The position numbers were made by a program, and so were the translations under genes. From assembly GCF_009914755.1 (NCBI RefSeq), contig NC_060936.1: a stretch of DNA of 64,000 bases; one strand, 5' to 3'. Shown piece after piece: positions 32,199 to 48,724 of the stretch. Source of the DNA: the human T2T-CHM13v2.0 reference genome, Homo sapiens. Within the stretch, counting starts at the first letter, position 1. Each line of letters starts with the position of its first letter. The notes under the pieces are model-generated. The model did not search any database, was not told where the DNA came from, and worked only from the letters and a program-made list of their open reading frames with translations.

Positions 32199-32701
32199 AA
32201 ATCAATCATATGTGCAACTTGATGAAGCCCTGGGGGATGAAAAAGGGGGGCTCATTGGCAGACAATTTAAGCAGCTTGGAAACGTATGTTGGCATACCTG
32301 TGAGCACATATGATAATATTGCATAATGAATCCTCTAAGTTCCATTCTATTGTCAAAAAAATTTGTTTCAGAAATGGAGCTACAATTTATTCCAGAGTTA
32401 GACTTTTGTGGCCATGGTGAACATGATCCTTTTAAATAGAGAGAAGGGCCTGGGTAAGTTTAAACTGAATTAGGTTCTCAGTTCTCCCAGGCTTTGACTT
32501 TGTCATCTGTCACTTCCTTCTCAAAGGGCTGGCAAAGCCCAGGGCAGTTCAGGATTCTCTCATCTGAAGTTCTGTCCGTCGATTCTGAGGGGAGTCTGGG
32601 GCTGCTGACAGTAGATGGCCTGCCTCTCACATCTCACTATTCTTTGATCTCACAGTTACAATTGTGTTGCTTTTGGTTTTTACTTGCTGATGAAGAGTTT
32701 T

Positions 32702-33592
32702 TTATTATTTTTTATATATATATTTTTTATTATACTTTAAGTTCTAGGGTACATGTGCACAAGGTGCAGGTTTGTTACATATGTATACATGTGCCATGTT
32801 GGTGTGCTGCACCCATTAATTCATCATTTACATTAGGTATATCTCCTAATGCTATCCCTCCCCACTCCCCCCACCCCACAACAGGCCCCGGTGTGTGATG
32901 TTCCCCTTCCTGTGCCCAAGTGCTCTCATTGTTCAATTCCCACCTATGACTGAGAACATGCGGTGTTTGGTTTTTTGTCCTTGTGATAGTTTGCTGAGAA
33001 TGATGGTTTCCGGCTTCATCCATGTCCCTACAAGTTTCAGTAGCTGATTCGATCAGCTGGAAGAAAGGGTATCAGTGATTGAAGATCAAATGAATGAAAT
33101 GAAGCGAGAAGAGAAGTTTAGAGAAAAAAGAATAAAAAGAAACTAACAAAGCCTCCAAGAAATATGGGACTATGTGAAAAGACCAAATCTACATCTGATT
33201 GGTGTACCAGATGTACACCAGATGTGTACCAACTGGGGAGAATGGAACCAAGTTGGAAAACACTCTGCAGGATATTATCCAGGAGAACTTCCCCAACCTA
33301 GAAAGGAAGGCCAACATTCAAATTCAGGAAGCACAGAGAATGCCACAAAGATACTCCTCGAGAAGAGCAACTCCAAGACACATAATTGTCAGATTCACCG
33401 AAGTTGAAATGAAGGAGAAAATGTTAAGGGCAGCCAGAGAGAAAGGTCGGGTTACCCACAAAGGGAAGCCCATCAGACTAACAGCTAATCTCTCGGCAGA
33501 AACTCTCCAAGCCAGAAGAGAGTGGGGGCCAATATTCAACATTCTTAAAGAAAAGAATTTTCAACCCAGAATTTCATATCTAGCCAAACTAA
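32702..33592 (-). mobile_element. L1PA4-like 5'-inverted (twin-primed) insertion: ~330 bp 3' end (-) fused to ~560 bp of ORF1 in the opposite orientation
   Basis: 16-bp TSD GCTGATGAAGAGTTTT at 32686-32701 and 33593-33608. Poly(T) and L1 3' UTR to ~33033, then + strand ORF1 (ORF 33199..33597: ENTLQDIIQENFPNL...ARREWGPIFNILKEKNFQPRIS). Confidence 0.93.
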
Positions 33593-34369
33593 GCTGATGA
33601 AGAGTTTTACGTGAATTTAATTTTCTTCTATCTCTGACTGCCAGAGACTTTGGTGTTTGTATTATTCACAGGGAACTAGATAAACTATAACCATTTTTTA
33701 TTTTTATTTTATTTTTTTGCTGAGTGTAGTTTCTCACAGTAGCGGGAAGCCAGAATGATTTGTACGTTACTAAATCTTGGGCTTTGCTTAACATGTAATT
33801 CTATGGCCAGTGAGAACAAGTAAGGTCCTAGTATTTCAGAACTTCTCAAAGGAAATTAACTAGAATGAAAAATTACACTGTTCAGCAACAAAACCTAGCG
33901 ATTGCTTAATGAATATTCTCAGGAAACAGAATATTGAGCCCTCCTTCAATCTCATTTTTGTCCTCTGAGTCTGGAATTCTTGTTAAATTAACTTTTGGTA
34001 TGTGTTTCTCTTTGGTAATGTAGCAAGTGCAAAATGTCCCTCGTACTCTATACAAATGTGCAAAGCAGATGTAGTTTCCTTGAGTACCTCTTAATTGATG
34101 TTCTCTCCCTGATATTTCCTTAGCCTGCTGGATAACAGAAAACTAAAAACCAAGTTTTAGGCTAAGTGTGGAACCTTGGTCTGGTCCAATCATTTAAAAT
34201 CTATTTAGGGAGTTCAATCTCTGGACAGTAACTCACGTAAATGCTAAATGTTTCAGTGCTCTTTTTTTGCTTCTCTCCAAGATGATGTCTAGGGTTGGGG
34301 AGTAGTATAGGCAGGGTTTATGCGTCAAGATGGGTGTCCCCAAATCTATGTAGGGCTCTGACCTCATGG

Positions 34370-34625
34370 CTTCAGATGTACAGTGGCTGGAACAATGGCA
34401 GGGCAACCCTTATCTGGTAACTGAGTAAGGTGGGGTAGAAAGGCTTGGCCAATTCAGCAGATTGCAACACAATACCGATGAGTCATTCTTACTCCAGAAT
34501 TTCTCTTCGGGTTAGCTGAGGCTTTGTTGGATTGCATCACAGTTCAACTTCGCCCCTTGACCAGTCCTGCTTCCTCCCTCTTTTTTTCACAGGTATTACA
34601 CCCAAACTCTGTCTCAAAAAGCCAA
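34370..34625 (+). mobile_element. LTR16-like ERVL LTR fragment
   Basis: TGAGGCTTTGTTGGATTGCATCACAGTTCAACTTC...CCTGCTTCC...CACAGGT. Confidence 0.6.
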
Positions 34626-36489
34626 CTCACAAAACTCATCAATTCACCTGTCTTCTGCCACTGCCTTCATACCATCCCTACACATTGTGAGGAGCTAACT
34701 TTGAAGGCTGTTTCCAAACACTCTTCTTTGGAAGACAAAGTCTTCCTCTGTTCAAAGGATGTATGGCACTATTCCCAGTGCTCTTGTCCTCCTTTTCCCA
34801 TTTGGGTAATTTTAAAAGCAATCCCTAACCTCTTCTCAGAGCCTGTCATTGAACGAGGACAGGACAGGGACCCTGGCCTCTCACCTCCTTGATTTCTACC
34901 TCTCTCTCTTTCTTAGTATTCTCTAAATTCCTCACGTCGGAAGGGAGTAGCCTTTCAGTTTCTCTTCACCTCTTTTCTCTTCTTCATCCTGGACATAGAG
35001 TAAAATTCTCTGATCTAATTGACAAGTCTGTCTCTTGATATAATGAAATTAGGTGTTAAATTTCAGAAATCTTTTTCTTTCTCAAAGAAGTCTGATTTCC
35101 AAGTCTGTTATCTTATTGCGTATTCAAAAAGCCTATTCGGAATGCCAGAAACTGCAGTCACTGTTTCTGTCTCTCTGCATTTCTGTATGACAATCTTAAC
35201 CCCTTAATCTTTCTCATAGTTTTGTGGTCCTGCTCTCAAGACAACTTTGTGTTTTAATTTTAGCCAGGATTATAACCAGCCCTAGGTGTAAATACATGTT
35301 ACACATTTGTTTCTAATTATTCCACACAGGCCTTTACATGAGGTAAGCTGTGCAAAAGAACTCTACATCATTATTTCCTATTTCTCCTCTGTTCTACCCC
35401 AGGAAAACCAACCCATCAAGTAGCAGGAGAAAATACACTATATTTTGATATAATCCAATAATGTCAGTCTGATCTATGATCTCTGCAATTTCTGCCTAGA
35501 TGCCTCAGGTAAATTTTCTGTCTTTCTACTCTTTTTCTACCGGGAAAGAGTTCTACTCTTTTTCCCTGCTCCTGAAGGGAAGAGAAGCTCTACAGGCTTA
35601 CCTTTAGCTATGGGGAAAGGCAGTTGTCAGGTCCTTGATAATCTCTGCTATGCAGTTGCTGATTTGGATTGCTTTGTGGCCCAATGGTCACTAAGATGTA
35701 GCCAGAATGGTCACAGGTTGTGGGGAGACATACCAGCACTAATTATGGGATCTGTGTTTTCTACTATGAGTTTCTGGGGTGGGAGTCTCTGCTCTTTGCT
35801 CTAACCCTAGGCTTCTGCTGCCCTCTGGCCTTGGCAGTGCCTCTGCTTGCTTTTCTGCATGGCTTCAGCCACCTATGAGGCTCCAGGAGACCAGGCGCAC
35901 TGCTAAGAATGATTGACTTGGCCTTCTCCCACCACCATGCCCTTGCTCTCATGCCATGGAGATGTAGCAGTTAGCCCCAAACTAGGCTTTTCCCAGAGGC
36001 CTGCAGCTTCCCCATTTTGTGCCCAGGCCAGGGAAGCTGACCATTAGCCCTGATGTTTTGGGGCATTTCCTACCTCTCTGGATGCTTCTAAACGTGCTTC
36101 CTTCAACCTGCTCTCTGGAGGAGCTTCCTGGTGCTCCCAATCTTGAGGAGAAAGAGCTACTATAAGGGTTCTGCTATCTGACTTCTTTAATCGCCTTTGG
36201 CTCCTCTAACCCCTACTTCTTCTGTGTAATGTCCTCACTGTAGCATAGACAGAAAATCAGCCAAGAGAGTTTCAGAAGAGTGTCTTCCCTACTCAGAGGA
36301 AGAAACTGACATTGTAAATATTCAGACCTAATTCTCTGCATGCTAATAGAAGCTAAAGGAAATTTCTTTCTTAGAAAAACTTGGCTTTTGAGCTTATTGT
36401 CTTACTTCAACCTCAAACAAGAAGTTAAGCAACTATCTTCTTCTCCTAACAGGTAGCTATCCTTCTCCTGAAGCACTTGAAACTCCTTC

Positions 36490-36789
36490 TTTATTTATTA
36501 TTATTATTTTTTTAGATGGAGTCTCTCAGTCTTCCAGACTGCAGTGCAGTGGTGTGATCTCAACTCACTGCAACCTCCACCTCCCCAGTTCAAGCGATTC
36601 TCCTCAGCCTCCTGAGTAGCTGGGGCTAAAGGCACACACCATCACACCTGGCTAATTTTTGTATTTTTCAGTAGAGACAGATTTTCACTATGTTAGCCAG
36701 GCTGGTCTCAAACTCCTGACCTCAGGTAGTCCTCTCGCCTTGGCCACTCAAACTGCTGGGATTATAGATGTGGGCCACCATGCGTAACC
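36490..36789 (-). mobile_element. AluS
   Basis: Full reverse dimer with CTCCTGACCTCAGGT; TTCTTTAT on both flanks. Confidence 0.9.
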
Positions 36790-36889
36790 CGTCTTTCTTT
36801 ATAGGATGAAAAGATGCCGGGTAACAAGATGTATATAAGTCATGGAAATGTATCTGAATATAATTCAAAAGAATCTTATATCTGTTTTA

Positions 36890-37890
36890 CAATAATAAGT
36901 TTTATAGCGATTTTTCTGTACACTTGTGATTGTGCTTTGCGTTTAACTTTCGTAACAACCTTTGGGATAAGTATTATTTTACCCTAATTTTTAAAGTGAT
37001 ACATGAGGCCCAAGAAGGCTAAACAACTTGCCTGAGGTCATGTAGTTAATCAGAGGTAGATCCATGATTCAAATTCAGGTCCATCTGACTCTAAATCCCT
37101 TGTGCTAACCAGTACAATTCCTCCACTTGAAAAAGTTGACTACAAAACATAATTTTGGTCACGCAGAACTCTCCTTTGGTGGTTTAAGTTTTCTATCTAG
37201 TGAGAAATGGCTGGGCTTAGTGTTCGAGAACCAGTCTTTGAGGGTGGGCTATGTTTCTCTGCTTCGTTATCTGTAAAATGGAGATAATGCTACCCTGAAC
37301 TCACAGGATCGTTGTGAGGTTTAAGTGAGTTGATACAGGACAAGCATTTGGCACAGTGCTTGGCACATAGGAGGCCACAATAACTATTAGCTACTGCTGT
37401 TGTAAAAGTCTCATGGCGATATTGTCTTGATCATCAGGCTAAAGGTTTCAAAATCAAATGTAAAAAAGATAGGTTTTTAATTTCCGACATGCATAAATAT
37501 TTAAATTGTGTTCTGTTGTTTCTTTTCTCCCCTTTATCTTTTAGAAATTAACTTCTATTCAACTGTAGGAAGGAAAGTCCTGCTGTGAATGTTTAGGCAG
37601 AATTGAAGCTTTGAGTCAGAAATATCATGGATTGCTTTAATCTGATTGTTGTTTTTTGCTCTGTTGTTTTTGCTAGAAGAAGAAATTGCTTCAATAAAAC
37701 ATTCTATGAATTATTGTTATTATTACTATCAGTATCATAATTATTAATAATTTGTCTTTGCAGAGCAGCAAAGAGAGTGCCTAGAGGAAAGTGCCTGGGC
37801 TTTGTGGTCAGGCATGTCTACATCTGAATCCAGTTTCTAATTGATTCTTGGAAAGTAACTTAATCACTATGAATCTCAGTTTTCTTATTT
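36890..37890. mobile_element. Three MIR fragments (- ~36890-37115, + ~37250-37400, + ~37765-37890)
   Basis: AACTTGCCTGAGGTCA...ATTCAAATTCAGG; ATCTGTAAAATGGAGATAAT...GCACAGTGCTTGGCACATAG; ATCTCAGTTTTCTTATTTG. Confidence 0.7.
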
Positions 37891-38102
37891 GTGCCTATCT
37901 CCTTGATACAATATGCTTCAAAGCCCTAAATATTAACTGACTCATTACAAGAGTTCAGTGACAGTTCTTTCTCCTTCTTACCCCTGCCTCCTATTTGTCC
38001 TTTCCAATTACCTTTACATTAGAAGGGTGACCATAAGTGTGTGGGTACGAGGTGAGTGTTGGGGGGTTGTATGCTTATTCTTGAGATCTACTATATAGTA
38101 AA

Positions 38103-38555
38103 TGTTATGAGTTAAATTTACTTGTTGGAGTCCTCACACTCAGTACCTCAGAATGCAGCCTTACTTGGAAATAGAATTTCTGCAAATGTAAAAATTAGTT
38201 AAGATTGGTTTATACTGGAGAAGTTTGGGCCAGTAACTCAATATGTCTTGTGCCTTTATGAAATGGAAAAATCCAGACACAGACATACACACAGGGAGAA
38301 CACAATCTGAAGATAGATGTAGAGGTTAGGGTGATACTTCTACAAGCCAAAAATGCCCAAGATTGCCAGCAAACCATCAGAAGCTAGGTGAGACATATGG
38401 AACAGATTCTCTCTTACAGCCCTCAGAAAGAATAAGTCATGCTGACAGCTTGATTTTGGACTTCCAGTCTCCAGAACTGTGAGACAATAAATTTCTGTTG
38501 TTTAAGTCCCTCAGTTTGCAGTACTTTGTTATGGGAGCCCTAGCAAACCAATACA
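38103..38555 (+). mobile_element. MLT1C-like MaLR solo LTR
   Basis: TGTTATG...GGACTTCCAGTCTCCAGAACTGTGAGACAATAAATTTCTGTTGTTTAAG...CCTAGCAAACCAATACA; degenerate 5-bp TSD GTAAA/TTAAA. Confidence 0.85.
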
Positions 38556-39289
38556 TTAAATGATGAGAACCAAAGCTTTCTCTGTAATGTTTAGCTTGGA
38601 GATTCTAAATTTTATACTTAATAGTTTTTAGTCATTTTAAAAATTATATTTTGCAATCAAAATCAAAGGAGGTAAACACTTCATCCAGAGAAAAAATTAC
38701 CAAAACGGAAGAATGTAAATGACATTCAAATCCCTCAGGGATTTTATGCAACAATGCCATAAAAAAATCTAATAAAATTTTCAAATGACTTCTGATGCAA
38801 CTTTTACCAATTCCCCATTAAAATAATTAGATAAAATCCAGAAAAAATGAGACAATCATAATAATACTAAAAACTAAGACTGGTAATCAAATTTTTGCCA
38901 AAATCTAATATAATATAAATCACAGATTGATGGAACTGGATTTAGAAAACATTTTTAATGACCTGTAAATATGTGTCTTTCTGAAACAGATGAACTGTTG
39001 GCCTGAATGAAGGTGAGAAGACACTTCATCTCTTCCCCTCTGCCTGTCTCCAGGCTACTCTATTCAGAATTTATATCCATAGGAAAAGTACATGGCCACA
39101 GGTTTTGGTTTTCGAAGTGTCCACATTATGATTCACCATCCTCCCATCCCTGTTAATGTCTAACTTTCCACATTAATTCAGAAATTGAATTTCTTTATTG
39201 TAACAGGGAAAAAATTAGGTGAAAAAACCAGTAATGATTTTTTGCATACTTAAAGGTGGATTCTTCATAAATATAGTGTTTATGGAAGT

Positions 39290-39485
39290 GATAGGGCTAT
39301 TGACAAATATTCTGGTTCCTTTCTCCTTCTAGGCACATGATACAACTGCGTTTTCCCACCCTCTTTGGAGGGCAGCTTTCTTGGTCAAAGAGATGCAAGC
39401 AGAGGTGACGTGTGTCATTTCTGGGTGGAAGCTATAAAACCAGTGCATAATTTGCCATGCTCTCTTCCCTCTGCCATGGTGTATT
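39290..39485 (+). mobile_element. MLT1I/J-like LTR fragment
   Basis: GCAGAGGTGACGTGTGTCATTTCTGGGTGGAAGCT...TTTGCCATGCTCTCTTCCCTCTGCCA. Confidence 0.6.
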
Positions 39486-39934
39486 TTCAGGCCTATACGC
39501 CAGGGTTGCTGTCACTGCCTATTTCCACAGAAATAATTAGGCCTGTGAACTATACCTCCTAGGGAAGCTTTCCTCTAATTCTCATATTTGTTTAAATGCT
39601 CTCCTTTTCCTATAACCTAAACCTTCAATCAGTTGGCCCTGCTGACTAAGACTCCTGTGGCCTGTCAGCATCTTCTCTGCTCAGCTGAACCTTCACGTTA
39701 AGGCTGGTGTTGTACAGTTAAAAGTCAGGCAGTTAGGCCACTCACCCTCTTTGCAATAAATGCAGCAAAGTATTAATATGTCCTCTATATAAAGAAATAA
39801 TGAAAAATCAGTGGACTTTTAAATTATTTTTAAATTAATATGTTAATTTATTGCTTAAAAAATCCATGATCTCTCTAAAAATAGACAGATAAGGTAGGAA
39901 GAAAATTACAAGAACAAATAAACATGGCTAGCAA

Positions 39935-43409
<3,475 letters not shown>

Positions 43410-43860
43410 GTAATGGCAAGTAAGCATATAAAAATGTTCAATTCTACTATAATGTATATAATAACAAAAATATAATCAGTTTGCCTACACATTTAGAAAA
43501 TGTGAAGAAAAGTTATTTTCTGTATTGGGGGGCTCACAAAACACTGTAAATTGGTATGAATGAATGAATGAATAACTGAACAAACTTATTCAAGCTTTCC
43601 AAAAGCTTTTGGCAATATATGTCAATAATCTTTAAAAAGTTTTAACCCTTTGTCCCAGTTATTCAGTTTCTAGGAATCTATGCCAAAGACATAATCTGAG
43701 ATGCAAATGGGATATTCATCACAGTTTTATTAATATTTTTAATGTTAAAAGTTAAAAATAAACTGTAAATCACAAAATAGTCTATAAGTTATGATACATA
43801 TATAAGGTGGAATATTTTGTAAACAATATAAATGGCATATAAAAAGAATTTCTAGTGTGA
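43410..43860 (+). mobile_element. L1ME 3' fragment
   Basis: TTTGGCAATATATGTC...CCCTTTGTCCCAG...TTCTAGGAATCTATGCC. Confidence 0.6.
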
Positions 43861-44858
43861 AAAAACCTTATGTTTTTTGAAACAATGTTTAACTTTTAGA
43901 AAAGTAGCAATAGTACACAGAACACCCATAAACCATTTATCCACATTTAAATTTTTTAACATTTTATCTTTATTATTCTGCGTGTGTAAAATATGTTTTT
44001 TTTCCCACCAGAACCATTTGAGAATAGGTTGCATTTATCATGCCTCATCACCCCTTAATATTCATTGTGCCTTTTCTAGACCGGAAACATTTTCTTATAT
44101 AACCACAGTACAGTTATCAAATTCAGGAAATTTAACATTGGTACAATACTTCACAGTCCATGTTTCAATGTTGTCAATTTTCTCAGTAATGTCCTTTATA
44201 GCAGGTTCCCATCCCCACCTCCAACCCCTGAGTCATTAGTCCAGTCTGTAACATTTAACAACATGTCTCTCTAGAATTTTTAATCTGGAAGAGTTCTTCA
44301 GCCTTTCTTTGTTACAACATAATATATCTGAGGAATACAGTAAATTATTTTACTGAATGTTATTCAATTTGTGTTTATCCAATGTTTCCTCATGATCAAA
44401 TTCAGATTATGCATTTTTGGCTGAAATATCACATTAGTGATGGTATATTCTCGGGAAAACTTCCATTATTACTGACATTAATTTTGATTATTTGGTTGAA
44501 GAGTTGTCTAGTTTTTCTACCATATTTACTTTCTTTTCTTATGAAGTTAAATCATTTGCGGTGAGATATTTTGAAATGCTGTAAGTATCCTGTTTATCAT
44601 CAAACCTTTATGCTTAGATTTAGGATCCATTGATGTTTGCCTGGATCACTTTTTACTCCTATAGTTGCAAACTGTGATTTTTCTAACTTAATCATTCTTT
44701 CTATATTTATTACAGTTAGCCTTTAACTGTAATAAAGATCTTTCTTTTTCCCTTATCTATTCTCTGTCTCTCTCTTTCTCTCTCTCTCTTTCTCTGTCTG
44801 TCTTCAGTTTGAACTCATAGATTCTTATTTTTTCAACGGATTATAATCTATTAGTGTC

Positions 44859-45179
<321 letters not shown>

Positions 45180-45726
45180 TGACATGCCCTGCAACTGTTT
45201 TTAGTATTTTCTTAATTTATGGCACAATGAGATGCTCTAGGTTTATCTTATACCTTCTCTGTGCCAACCTCAGAATTGGCCATTTCTTCATGGAGCCCTG
45301 GCTCCTTTTGGAAGGTAATGGTATTTAGAAATCAATATCTGGGTGCTAAATATGTTCATCACTGTTGGGATAGCATTGCTTCTAAGCTTTTTCAACAAGC
45401 AGAAATATATTAAATGCTTTGTATTTTGCATATGTTGGAAATCTCAGCTCTAATGTATATATTTTAGAAACTACGAGTTTATAGTAAAATCTTCTACTCC
45501 TTTTAGCCCCAAAGTGTTGTCCTTTGCCTTTCCCCAGTCCATTCTTGTATCTCTCTTCTACAACTAGAGCTTTGGCTTCCAACATCAATCCATTTATTCA
45601 TTTGTTAAAATATACAATACATGCAAAAGTTTGAGATTTGTTATGCCCATATGATGATGAAAAACAAACCTACTAAAAAGAATTTAATATTAGGCCATTC
45701 TTCTTTTTCTTCATACTGAGGGTATA

Positions 45727-48724
45727 TGTACTAGTTTTCTAATGCTACATAACAAATTATTACACACTTAGCAACTAAAAACATCCATTTATTACATCAC
45801 AGTTCTCCAGGATAGAAGTCTGAGCACAAAGCACCTGGGTTCTCTTTCATGGTCTTGCAAAGTTGAAATCAAGATGTCATCCATGTTGTGGTTCTCACGC
45901 GGAGTTTGGGATCCTCTTTCAAGTATGTTCAGGGTGTTGACTGAATTCAGTTCCATGCAGTTGTAGGCACAAAGACATACTTTCTTGTTGGTTGTCAGCC
46001 GGGGGCTATCTTCCACTCCCTTAAAAGCCACCTGCTAGTCCCTGCTACATTGTCAGTTTGCTCTTTCAAGGTCAGCAGGAGACTCCTGCAGTGGGGTAGT
46101 CTGGGCTATCTGCTCTGATGAAATTTTAAGCAACGTAACATAATAATGGGAATGAGTATCTCATCACTTTGCTCACATGGAGAAACTATCCCATCATATT
46201 CACTAATTCCTACAATACTCAAAGGGAGGGGATTTTATAGGGTTTATACACCAGGCGGTGGGAATCTTGGGAGCTGCCATGGCTTGAATGTTCCTTCCAA
46301 AACTCATGTTGAAATGTAATTCCCAGTGCAACAGTGTTAGGAGACAGGGCTGAATGGGAGATATTTAGGTCATAAGGGCTCCACCCTCATGAACTGATTG
46401 TCATTATCACACGAGTAGGTTAGTTATCTCAGGAGTGGGTTGTTATAAAGCAGGCACAGTGCCTTGTGCTTTTCTCTTTTGCATGTGCCCCACTCTTCTT
46501 CCATGGGATGAGGCAGCCTAAAGCCCTCACCATATGCCAGCCCCTTGGTATTGGACTTCCAAATCTCCAGAACCATGAACTAAATAAATTATAAATTATA
46601 AATTATAAAATAAATTATAAATTCATCATAAATTACCCGGTCTGCAGTATTCTGTTACAGCTACAGAAGACGGACTGAGAGAGAAAGTTGCTACTGAGAA
46701 GTGGGGTTGTTGCTATGACCGATACCTAAAATGTGGAAGCAGCTTTATAACTGGATAATGGATAGAGGTTAAAAGAGTTTGAAGGAACAGGCTAGAAAAA
46801 GCCTGCATTGCCAAAAATTGAGCATTAAAATTTATTCTAGTGAGGGCTAAGAAGAAAAGACTACAGAAAGTCTGGAACTTCTTAGAGATTAGTCAATGGT
46901 CATAACTAGAATGTTGACAGGAATATAGACAGTAAAGGACATTCTGAAAAGGTCTCAAATGGAAATGAGGAATAAGGTATTGAAAATTAGAGTAAAGGCC
47001 ATTCTGTTTATAAAGTAGCAAATAACATGGTTGAACTGCGTCCATGCCTGAGGACTTTATGGAAGGTAGAATTTAAGAGGGACAAACTAGGATATCTAAC
47101 AGAATATCTAAACAGTAAAGCATTCAGATTACTGCATGACTATTTTTAACTGCTTATAGTGAGATGCTAGAGGAGAGAAATTATTTAAGATGAAATTTAT
47201 AATTAAAAGGAAAGAAAGCAGAAAGATTTGGAAAATTTGCAGCCTGGTCATGTAAAGGATGAAAAAGCATGTAAGGGCGCTGCCAAGTCACCCTTTAACA
47301 AAAAGATAAGCATGTACTGAAGGAAGCCAGAGGCTATTCATCAGGACGATGAAAGCAAGACTTCTAAGACATTTCAGAGCTCTTTGAGGCTGCCCCTCCT
47401 ATCATAAGTCCAGAGCTCAGTGAGGGCAGAATGATTTTGGGAGACTGGCCTAAGACACCATCTATGGGCTCACTGCCCAGGACCACCTCAGGTCTCTGCT
47501 CTCTGCATTCCAGCACAGTGCTCCTCAGTTATACCAGTTGTGGCTCAACCTGCTGCTCTGGAAGGTGCAAGTGATAACTCTTGGTGTATCCATGTGGTAA
47601 ATCTGCAGACATGCAGCATGCAAGGGCTGTGGGGATGTGGCTTCCCCTGCCTAGAGTTTGAAGGATGTTGCTGACAATGAAAATGAGCGGTCACAGCTGA
47701 AACTGCCACAGACAGCCCCCACTAAGGCAGTGCTTAATGGAGCCAAGGGAGCAGGACCGCCACAGAGACCCCAGAACATAAAGTTACCAGCATTCAACTC
47801 CAGCCTAAGAGAGCTGCAGGCATAAGACTCCAACCCATGAAAGCTGCTTGGTGGACTGAGCCCAGGAAAACCACAGGGACAGGACTGCCCAAGGCCTTGG
47901 AGGCCCATTCCTAGGCCCAGTATGCACAGGATGCAGGACATGGAAACAAAGATAATTCTGAAGCTTTAAAATTTAAATGATGTTTTCTCTGTTGAGTTTT
48001 GAATCTGTACTTAAGGCCTGTTACTCCTTTCTTCTTCCCTATTTCTCCCTTTTGGTACGGGAATGGCAGTCCCATGCCTGTCTCACCACTGTATTTTGGA
48101 AGTCTATAATTTGTTTTGAGTTCACAGGCTTGTACCAGGAGATAAATTTGCCTCAAGGTGAATCATCCCTTGAGCCTCACCCATATCTAATTTAGATGAG
48201 ACTCTAGACTTTGGATCTTTGAGGTGATTCTGGAACAAGCTAAGACTCTGGGGGCTAATGGGATAGAATAAATGCGTTATGTTTGTGAGAAGGACATGAA
48301 TTTGGGGGGCCAGGGGTGAGACACTATGGTTTGAATGTGTCTCCTCCAAAAGTCATGTTGAAGCATAATCCCCAATGCAACAATATTGAGAGTTGGGGCT
48401 GAATGGGAGGTTTTAAGGTCATGAGGGCTGTGCCCTCTTGAATGGATTAATGGCACTATCTCAGGAGTAGGTTAGTTATCTCGGGAAGTGGTTGTTACAA
48501 AGTTAGCAGGCTCTTCAACTCCTTGAGCTTTTCTCTTTTACATGCCATTACTTTTCCTGCAACCCAAAGGCCTTTACCAGATGCCATCCCGTGGATATTG
48601 GACTTACCAGCCTCCACACTGTGAGCTAAAGAAGTTTCTACATATTATAAATTTCCCTGTCTGTGGTTCTGTTACAGCAACAGAAAACAGAGCCAGGAAC
48701 CATCCTAGAATGCTGCCTATCACA
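45727..48724 (-). mobile_element. MLT1E-like MaLR solo LTR (45727-46274 and 48701-48724), split by an MST provirus
   Basis: TGTACTAGTTTTCT...ACAAATT...CACAGTTCT; last 24 bp CATCCTAGAATGCTGCCTATCACA lie beyond the MST; 5-bp TSD GTATA (45722-45726) / GTACA (48725-48729). Confidence 0.75.
46275..48695 (+). mobile_element. Full-length MST-family MaLR provirus: 5' LTR ~46275-46680, internal ~46681-48321, 3' LTR ~48322-48695
   Basis: Two similar LTRs (ATGG(C/T)TTGAATGT...CCAAAA(C/G)TCATGTTGAA...GGGCTGAATGGGAG); polypurine tract GGGGGGCCAGGGGTGAGA before the 3' LTR; ~1.6 kb internal region; TSD GGAGC/GGAAC. Confidence 0.88.

Noticed and set aside
33199-33597. 132-aa ORF1p fragment as a domesticated gene
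   Set aside because: Non-ATG start, a stop just upstream in the ORF1 frame, no promoter, and truncated at the TSD.
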